NCBI GenBank assembly: GCA_963674755.2
Contig: CAXXVS010000003.1
Location: 128,001 to 192,000, forward strand
From: Desulfobacterales bacterium
GTDB taxonomy: Bacteria > Desulfobacterota > Desulfobacteria > Desulfobacterales > UBA5852
Direction of reading: 5' to 3'
DNA length: 64,000 nucleotides
The notes under the pieces are model-generated. The model searched no databases. It saw only the letters and a list, made by a program, of their open reading frames with translations, and was not told the DNA's origin. The stretch's first letter is position 1. Each line of letters opens with the position of its first letter. Of the stretch, positions 57,324 to 64,000 are shown piece after piece. Position numbers and translations under genes: made by a program.

Positions 57324-58238
57324 CTACTTGAAATTGACCACTTGATCCACCGCCCCCCGCATCCGCTCGGCATCCTCCCGGTATTTGCAGATCACATTGA
57401 GGGTAGCAAGGACGGCCTCCCGGTCGAGGGCTTCGATCTGAAGGCTGATCAGGGCCCGGGCCCAGTCCAGGGTTTCGGCGATGCTGGGTTTTTTCTTCAA
57501 GTCGAGCTGCCGGATGCGCACCATGGCGGCCACCATCTGATCGGCCAGGCGGCCGGGCAGCGCCGGCACGCGCCGGCGAACGATCTCCCGTTCGGTGTCC
57601 GGCCCCGGGTAGTCGATGTAGAGGTGCAGACAGCGGCGCTTGAGAGCGTCGCTCATGTCCCGGAAGCTGTTGGAAGTGAGCACCACGAAGGGCAGGTGGA
57701 CGGCCCGGCGGGTGCCCAGCTCGGGAATCGTCACCTGGAAGTCGCTCAAAAGCTCCAGGAGGAAGGCTTCAAACTCCGGGTCGGCCTTGTCGATCTCGTC
57801 CACCAGAAGCACCACCGGGGCCGGAGCCAGGATGGCCTGCAAGAGCGGCCGCGGCAGCAGGAAGCGCTCCGAGAAGAAGGCGTCCGCCTCGGCGGCGATG
57901 CGATCCACGGCGTCAGCCAGGGTGCGGGCGCCGGTCACCACGTCGCCGATCTTGTCGCGCACGATCTGGGTGTAGAGCAGCTGCTTGGCGTACTCCCACT
58001 CGTAGAGGGCCTTGGCCTCATCCAGGCCTTCGTAGCATTGCAAACGGATCAGGTCGCGCCCCATGCTGCGGGCCGCGGCCTTGGCCAGCTCGGTCTTGCC
58101 CACCCCGGCCGGTCCTTCCACCAGAATCGGCTTGTCTGCGGCCGCGGCCAGAAAGACAACCGTGGCGATTTCCGGCGTGCAGACATAGCCGGCCTTTTCC
58201 AGCGCCGCGCGCGTCTGGTCAACGTCACTGAAACTCAT
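57324..58238 (-). CDS. MoxR family AAA+ ATPase (CoxD-like)
   Basis: EGPAGVGKT, RLQCYEGLD, LVDEIDKAD, SDALKRR; start re-assigned to MSFSD. Confidence 0.92.
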   Translation of the reverse strand: MSFSDVDQTRAALEKAGYVCTPEIATVVFLAAAADKPILVEGPAGVGKTELAKAAARSMGRDLIRLQCYEGLDEAKALYEWEYAKQLLYTQIVRDKIGDVVTGARTLADAVDRIAAEADAFFSERFLLPRPLLQAILAPAPVVLLVDEIDKADPEFEAFLLELLSDFQVTIPELGTRRAVHLPFVVLTSNSFRDMSDALKRRCLHLYIDYPGPDTEREIVRRRVPALPGRLADQMVAAMVRIRQLDLKKKPSIAETLDWARALISLQIEALDREAVLATLNVICKYREDAERMRGAVDQVVNFK

Positions 58239-58490
58239 AAGAATCGGTACTCCTTCCTGGTGCGGCAGACGAATCCGATATCGGCCCGGAGACGCCCGAT
58301 CGGTCCCGGGGCTCAGATCGTACTCATCTATAAAAAGGTATGCTTTAACGGTGACAATCTCAAGGGGAATCTTTACACTAAGATGGCATTGCGGATAACG
58401 ATAGAACACCTGACCAATTGGTGACCACTGAAGATGGAGGCGGATGCCCGGCTCCATTGCGGAAAGGAAATCCCCATCCTCAATCCTGTT

Positions 58491-59117
58491 ATGCCATTGA
58501 CGCGGGAGAGGTTCCAGGCGGGGCTGAAGATTTTGATTGCCCGCGATCGCGACTTGGCACGGGTCGTGGAACGCTGCGGACCGCCCCCTATGTGGGCGCG
58601 CCGACCCAGCTTTGCCACCCTGGTACGCATCATTCTGGAGCAGCAGGTTTCCCTGGCATCGGCCCACGCCGTCTACCAGCGACTGACCCTTGTCGTTTCA
58701 CCCTTTTCAGCCGCGCGTTTCCGCCAAATCGATCCAACCCTGATCCAGCAGGCCGGTTTAACGCGCCAGAAACGCGTCTACTGTTTTCACCTGGCGGAAG
58801 CCATTGCGCAAAAACACCTGTACCTTGGGCGGTTGCAGCGCCTGGCCGATGACGATGTGCGCCAACGGCTGATGCAGGTCAAGGGCATCGGCCGCTGGAC
58901 CGCCGATATCTATCTCCTGATGGCTTTGCGCCGCCCGGATATCTGGCCCCGGGGCGATCTCGCGCTGAAAGCCGCCCTGCAAAAGGTCAAACACCTACCC
59001 GAGCTGCCGACCGACACGGCTTTCGAGGCCATGGGCCGTCCCTGGCGGCCGTGGCGCGCCATCGCGGCCCGCATCCTCTGGCATGCCTACCTGTCCGCGC
59101 GTAACGGGCATACTTAG
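58491..59117 (+). CDS. DNA-3-methyladenine glycosylase II family (HhH-GPD)
   Basis: LVRIILEQQVS, VKGIGRWTA, WPRGDL, WRPWR. Confidence 0.9.
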   Translation: MPLTRERFQAGLKILIARDRDLARVVERCGPPPMWARRPSFATLVRIILEQQVSLASAHAVYQRLTLVVSPFSAARFRQIDPTLIQQAGLTRQKRVYCFHLAEAIAQKHLYLGRLQRLADDDVRQRLMQVKGIGRWTADIYLLMALRRPDIWPRGDLALKAALQKVKHLPELPTDTAFEAMGRPWRPWRAIAARILWHAYLSARNGHT

Positions 59118-59277
59118 CGACGCGCAGCGCAAAGGGCGAAAACAAGAATTACACGAGAAAATTGCCGGCCATACGCCGTATGCGGTGCTCCGGAACAACA
59201 TTGACCCGCCGTGGATCGGCCTTACCCTAAGGAACCTGGCGGCCACCCGCCGGCTAACCAAAGGCCGGGAGCAGATC

Positions 59278-59688
59278 GTGATCATTTTTTTGAAAAGCCG
59301 CTGTATGGTCTGGGGGCTGGCAGCCTTGCTCGGCCTCAGCCTGCCGGCCATGGCCGTTGCGAACCCCCTGGACGACAGGCGCTATATCGGCCCCACCGGC
59401 GAAAAGGGCGAAGAAGCCTACGGCGACGAGGAGCTGACCTTCTACGACGGCAAGCTCTACTCGGTGGACTGCGCGCGCTGGGGGTTTGGCGAAGGCATCG
59501 TGACGACCCGTACCGCAGACGACGGCATCCATTTCACGGCCGAAACCCGCAGCGAAAAATACGGCAAGATCGTCTGGGAAGGCGTCGTCCGGGGGGACCG
59601 GATCGAGGCCGTCTATACCTGGCGCAAACAGGGCTGGTTCGTGGAAACCGTCCGGGAATACTGGTTCAAGGGGACACGACAGCCCTAA
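59278..59688 (+). CDS. hypothetical exported protein
   Basis: signal-peptide-like N-terminus ending AVA, GC3-rich codon usage; start uncertain. Confidence 0.7.
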   Translation: MIIFLKSRCMVWGLAALLGLSLPAMAVANPLDDRRYIGPTGEKGEEAYGDEELTFYDGKLYSVDCARWGFGEGIVTTRTADDGIHFTAETRSEKYGKIVWEGVVRGDRIEAVYTWRKQGWFVETVREYWFKGTRQP

Positions 59689-59770
59689 TAATTGGTGCAT
59701 CTCCTTCCTTAGTGTAAACCTCTGATCGGATCCATAAGCAGAAGGGGATTTCGTTTGGCAATAATCCCCG

Positions 59771-61645
59771 TCAGAGGGCCTTGATGACAATCAGGGTCAT
59801 ATCGTCCTCCCTGGGAAGATCGCCCCGGAACCGATCTACAGCCGACACGATGCGATCCCGGATCCGGGCTGCGGAATCGGCGGCGTGATCCTTTACGATG
59901 GCCTTCAGCCGCTCCTTGCCGAAAAACCGCCCCTCCCCGTCATGGGCTTCCCAGATGCCGTCGGTAAAGAGCAGCAGAAGGGTGCCGGCATGTTCGACGG
60001 TCATTTCCTGTTGACGGTAGGCATAATCCTCCTCGACGCCGAGAACGAGTCCCGGGCCGTCGAGTTCTTGGAAGGCGCCGCTGACGGGATCGTAGAGCAG
60101 CGCCGGGTCGTGCCCCGCCCGGACCCAGACGACGTTGCGGGAGCCGACCTCGATTTCCAGAAAAAACAAACTCATGAAATTGCCGGAATGCCGCGTGTCG
60201 GCCGTCAGCAGGCGGTTGACCCGGCTGATGCGCCGGGCCAGCGCCTCGGGCTGGTCCGCTTCCGCCCGCACAAAGGCACGGGCCGTGGCCATCAGCAGCG
60301 CCGCCCCGATGCCATGGCCGGTCACGTCGCCCACCACGAAACCGTAGCGCGCGCATTCACTATCGCCGCAGGGAAAATAATCAAAATAATCGCCCCCGGT
60401 TTCGTCGCTGTAGACGCTCCGGGCCGCCACCGCAAATCCGGGAATTTCGGGCTCGCCGGACGGCAGAAGCGTTTGTTGAATCTCATGGGCCACGTCCAGG
60501 GCCTTGCGGATCCGCATGCGATCCTCCAGTTGGGGGACCATCTCGTTGAACGCCCGGGCCACCTGCTCCCGCTCGTCGCCATCCCCCAGGGGCATGCGGA
60601 AGGCGAAGTCCCCGCGACCCAACCGCTCCACCGCCTGCACCATGTCCTGGAACCAGGCCGTCAAGGCCTTGGACCGCCACACCCCGATCGCCACCAGGAC
60701 CAGGATGACGAACAATGAGGCCACCACGGTGTCGATCCACTGCCAGCGGGCAAAGGCCAGAACGTCCCGGGCCACATCCACCACCATGCCGGGCGTAATG
60801 TTCAGAATCATCAGCCGGGGCGACACCGGGGCGAAGGCCCACAGGGCCTTTTGGCCCTTCCAGGGGATTTCCAGAAACCCCGTTTCCCCCCGAACCATCC
60901 GCTTCCCGATCTGGTGCAGTCGTTGCAGATCGGGCAGCAGGGCGGTTTCGGACATATCGACCGGGCGCCACTGACCGCGATTTTCCAGGGTATCCCGTAC
61001 GGCAAAAACCGCCAGTTGCGGCGCATCAGTGCCCGGAGAGTTGACCGCCAGCAGAAAGGAATGCATGCGAAGGGACCAGCGGGAATTGAGCATGCAGGCG
61101 GCCAGCAATTTGGAAAGGGCGATGTCCGCGCTCACCCACCGGGTACGATGGGCGTTTTCACCCGGCTGCGGTACGGAGAGGCTTACCGCCATCTCGGATG
61201 ATCCGGGCCGAAGATAGGGCTTCCCCCAGATCGGGTGCGGCGCGGCCGGCGCGACACCGTCATCCTCCGGCGCCTCGGGGAGAGTCTTCTCCTCGATACG
61301 CAAAGATCCGGGAAGAATAAAGGCGGCCGAACCGTGAAATTCGCCGGCCGGCGTGACGGTGAAGGCCGGGATGGCCTTTGACGAAGGCACCGGCGCCGGA
61401 AAAAGCGGTGGCATCCGGGTAAGCGCCGTTTGGATATCTTTCAACTTTATGGCAAGTATCCGGGCGGAGGCGGCCGTGGTCTGGGTGAGTTCGGCGCCGG
61501 CACTCTGGGTGAGGATGTTGTCCATGAGTTCGGATATGGTGGCGCCCAGTCGCAGCGTTCCCACCTGGCTCAGGGTGATGACCGCCAGGAGCGGGACAAT
61601 ACTGAAAACCAGAACGACGATCAAAAATTTCCAGCGAATGCTCAT
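59771..61645 (-). CDS. SpoIIE/PP2C-type phosphatase with periplasmic sensor and HAMP domain
   Basis: two TM segments, HAMP, GGDYFD, GDVTGHG, AGHDP, FTDGIWE, DDMT. Confidence 0.92.
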   Translation of the reverse strand: MSIRWKFLIVVLVFSIVPLLAVITLSQVGTLRLGATISELMDNILTQSAGAELTQTTAASARILAIKLKDIQTALTRMPPLFPAPVPSSKAIPAFTVTPAGEFHGSAAFILPGSLRIEEKTLPEAPEDDGVAPAAPHPIWGKPYLRPGSSEMAVSLSVPQPGENAHRTRWVSADIALSKLLAACMLNSRWSLRMHSFLLAVNSPGTDAPQLAVFAVRDTLENRGQWRPVDMSETALLPDLQRLHQIGKRMVRGETGFLEIPWKGQKALWAFAPVSPRLMILNITPGMVVDVARDVLAFARWQWIDTVVASLFVILVLVAIGVWRSKALTAWFQDMVQAVERLGRGDFAFRMPLGDGDEREQVARAFNEMVPQLEDRMRIRKALDVAHEIQQTLLPSGEPEIPGFAVAARSVYSDETGGDYFDYFPCGDSECARYGFVVGDVTGHGIGAALLMATARAFVRAEADQPEALARRISRVNRLLTADTRHSGNFMSLFFLEIEVGSRNVVWVRAGHDPALLYDPVSGAFQELDGPGLVLGVEEDYAYRQQEMTVEHAGTLLLLFTDGIWEAHDGEGRFFGKERLKAIVKDHAADSAARIRDRIVSAVDRFRGDLPREDDMTLIVIKAL

Positions 61646-62080
61646 GGTTGCTTCCCTTGTGCCCATCGTTTTGCAGCGCACCCCGGGTGAACGCCGGAAG
61701 GATCCTTCCAAAATGGACGCAAAATGTCTGTTTGACAAGCATAGGAACGTGAAACAAGCGCAAGCGCGCCCTTTCGATCAGAAGCCGCCTATCGACCGAC
61801 GGAAGAAACACCTTGCGAAAATTCCGCCCAACCGATGCTGGCGCCCGGGAAGCGATTTCGCTTGCGGCGCCCGGGACATGGAAAGTGTTTAGCCGCTCGG
61901 CCGCAGCGCGAAGACAAGGCTGTCGAGGATCAAGTCTTGACCGCGCCCGGTCGGGTTCTATATAGGATCAGGCGCATCCTCACGCTCCGCGCGACATCCG
62001 GCCGCCCGACGCCGGCCGTCGGGCACAACCGTTGGCCCATGGAAAAGGGGGGTACGCCCCGGATCCATCGGCGGGATCCC

Positions 62081-63385
62081 ATGACCCGTAACGATTCCCA
62101 ACCCCATTCCCCTGTTGGCCTGGCCTGGATGATCTGGGGCATCGGCGCCCTGTTCTATCTGATAGCCTTTTTCCAGCGCGTCGCCCCGGCGGTCATGACC
62201 GACGCCCTGATGCGGGAATTTCAGATCGGGGCGGCCACCCTGGGAAACCTCTCCGCGCTTTATTTTTACAGCTATGTGGCCATGCAGATCCCCACGGGCA
62301 TCATTGCGGATCGCTGGGGACCCCGCCGGCTCTTGAGTTCCGGGGCGCTGGTGGCCGGCATCGGGACCCTGCTGTTCGCCCTGGCCCCGGGCATGCTGCT
62401 GGTGGGCACCGGGCGCTTTCTGGTCGGCGGTTCGGTGGCGGTGGCCTTTGTGGGCCTTTTGCAGCTTTCCAACAACTGGTTCCCTCCCCGCACCTATTCC
62501 CTGGCCGCCGGCATGGCCCTTTTCGTCGGCATTATCGGGGCCACCTGCGCCGGCCCCCCCTTGCGGCTGATGGTGGAAGCGTATGGCTGGCGCAGCACCA
62601 TCCTGGCATCCAGCCTTGTGACCTTTGCCATTGCCGCGGCCATTTGGCTCGTGGTGCGGGATTATCCCCACGAAAAAGGCTTTGCCGACTGGCGTGTGCG
62701 CGATGAAAAACTGGCGCGGGGCAAGCGCTTGACGGTGATGGCCGGCCTGGGTCAGGTGCTGCGCTACCGCAACACCGGCCTGCTCTTTCTGGCCCCGGGC
62801 GGTGTGGTGGGACCGGTGCTGACCTTCTCCGGTCTATGGGGCGTGCCCTATCTGACGACCCACCGCGACCTGAATCCCGCCCAGGCCGCCATGCTGACCA
62901 CGACCCTGCTGGTGGCCTGGGCCATCGGGGGCCCCTTTTTCGGCTGGCTCTCGGATCACACCGGTCGTCGCAAGAGCGTCTATATTGTGGGCTGCGCCGT
63001 AAGTCTGGCGGGGTGGATGGTCGCCTTCTACGCCGGCCATCTTCCGCTGGCCGCCCTGGTTGCGGTGCTGGTGATCACGGGATTCAGCTCCGGCTGTATG
63101 ATCATCAGCTTCGCTTTCGTAAAAGAGTCGGTGCCGGCGGCCCTTTCAGGCACCGCCACCGGTGTGGTCAACATGGGCGTGATGTCGGGTCCCATGCTGC
63201 TCCAGCCCCTCGTGGGCTGGGTGCTCGACCTGCGCTGGAGCGGGACCCTGGCACAGGGCATTCGCATCTACAGCCAGGCGGACTACCAGGCGGGCTTCGC
63301 CCTGATGATCGCCTGGACCGTGCTGGCGCTGGTCTTGCTCTGTTTTACCCGTGAAACCCACTGTCGTCCCCTGGATGCCGCATGA
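62081..63385 (+). CDS. MFS transporter
   Basis: FFQRVAP, GIIADRWGPRR, GWLSDHTGRRK. Confidence 0.9.
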   Translation: MTRNDSQPHSPVGLAWMIWGIGALFYLIAFFQRVAPAVMTDALMREFQIGAATLGNLSALYFYSYVAMQIPTGIIADRWGPRRLLSSGALVAGIGTLLFALAPGMLLVGTGRFLVGGSVAVAFVGLLQLSNNWFPPRTYSLAAGMALFVGIIGATCAGPPLRLMVEAYGWRSTILASSLVTFAIAAAIWLVVRDYPHEKGFADWRVRDEKLARGKRLTVMAGLGQVLRYRNTGLLFLAPGGVVGPVLTFSGLWGVPYLTTHRDLNPAQAAMLTTTLLVAWAIGGPFFGWLSDHTGRRKSVYIVGCAVSLAGWMVAFYAGHLPLAALVAVLVITGFSSGCMIISFAFVKESVPAALSGTATGVVNMGVMSGPMLLQPLVGWVLDLRWSGTLAQGIRIYSQADYQAGFALMIAWTVLALVLLCFTRETHCRPLDAA

Positions 63386-63575
63386 CGCTCAGGGAACGTC
63401 CCCTACCATCGGCGGCCGATCGTGCCGGCCGCTCCCTCAGAGCTGTTTTCTGTCCACGCGATTTTGCGCCTTTTCCCGGTATCGCCGATGCTTCCCGCTT
63501 TCAGCAAGCCTGGGAGAAAAATCCCATAGTTGATAGTGCGCTAAAAAAGCCTATGTTGTCGCGGGAGGATTGCCA

Positions 63576-64000
63576 ATGACCAACACTGAAACGTCTTATG
63601 CCATCATCGGAGGCGGTCCGGCCGGACTGGCCGTGGCCCGCAACCTGGACAAACTGGGGATCCCCTTCGTGGGTTTCGAGGCCGGCCCCACCGTGGGCGG
63701 CCTGTGGAATATCGACAACCCGCGCAGCACCATGTACCGCTCGGCGCACCTGATCTCCTCCAAACGCATGACGGAGTTCAAGGAATTCCCCATGGAGGAC
63801 CGGGTGGCCGACTACCCCCACCACACCGAGGTATTTCGCTATTTCAGGGCCTACGCCGAACGCTTCGGCTTGAACGCCCGCTACGAATTCGAAACCGAGG
63901 TCACAGCGGTGGAACCCCTCGACGACGCGCCGGACCAGGGATGGCAGGTGACCACCCGCTCCCTAAAAAACGGCGGCGGCCTTCGGACGCGGCCCTTTCG
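63576..64000 (+). CDS. flavin-containing monooxygenase (partial, runs off window; absent from ORF track)
   Basis: MTNTETSYAIIGGGPAGL (GxGxxG), VGGLW, MYRSAHLISS, DYPHH; GGAGG RBS. Confidence 0.88.
   Translation, partial: MTNTETSYAIIGGGPAGLAVARNLDKLGIPFVGFEAGPTVGGLWNIDNPRSTMYRSAHLISSKRMTEFKEFPMEDRVADYPHHTEVFRYFRAYAERFGLNARYEFETEVTAVEPLDDAPDQGWQVTTRSLKNGGGLRTRPF

Noticed and set aside
1..64000. tRNA, rRNA, complete DGR, retron or prophage
   Set aside because: No cloverleaf or rRNA signature, reverse transcriptase, integrase or phage structural gene was recognised by eye

Overview
GC-rich bacterial window whose gene content and intergenic repeats suggest a Desulfobacterales-like deltaproteobacterium (inference). 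Housekeeping-type backbone: ThDP enzyme, J-domain protein, double-length uvrA, DEAD-box helicase, prmA, MoxR/VWA pair, AlkA-type glycosylase, PP2C phosphatase, MFS transporter and a partial FMO. Between uvrA and the helicase (~8.9-32.5 kb) lies a mosaic accessory region with a trimeric autotransporter adhesin, a PocR-kinase signalling triad, Fic, a HigBA/ImmA module, hydrolases, a group IIC intron remnant, an internally deleted Y1 (RAYT-type) transposase, and several same-orientation repeats ending in GGTCCGACCCG that separate unrelated cargo genes. The best candidate for an undescribed system is at 42.1-52.0 kb: a putative RiPP/peptide-signal locus with a 74-aa Nif11-like precursor, a radical SAM enzyme, an isoprenoid-synthase-fold (ComQ-like) protein, a signal-less gingipain (C25) protease, a B12-radical SAM enzyme and a class III cyclase-ATPase-TPR protein. 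Next to it is a lipoprotein with a Hint domain and poly-Gly tail. No rRNA, tRNA or CRISPR array was seen. All calls are by eye and motif recognition; no searches were run and several start codons are my re-assignments.
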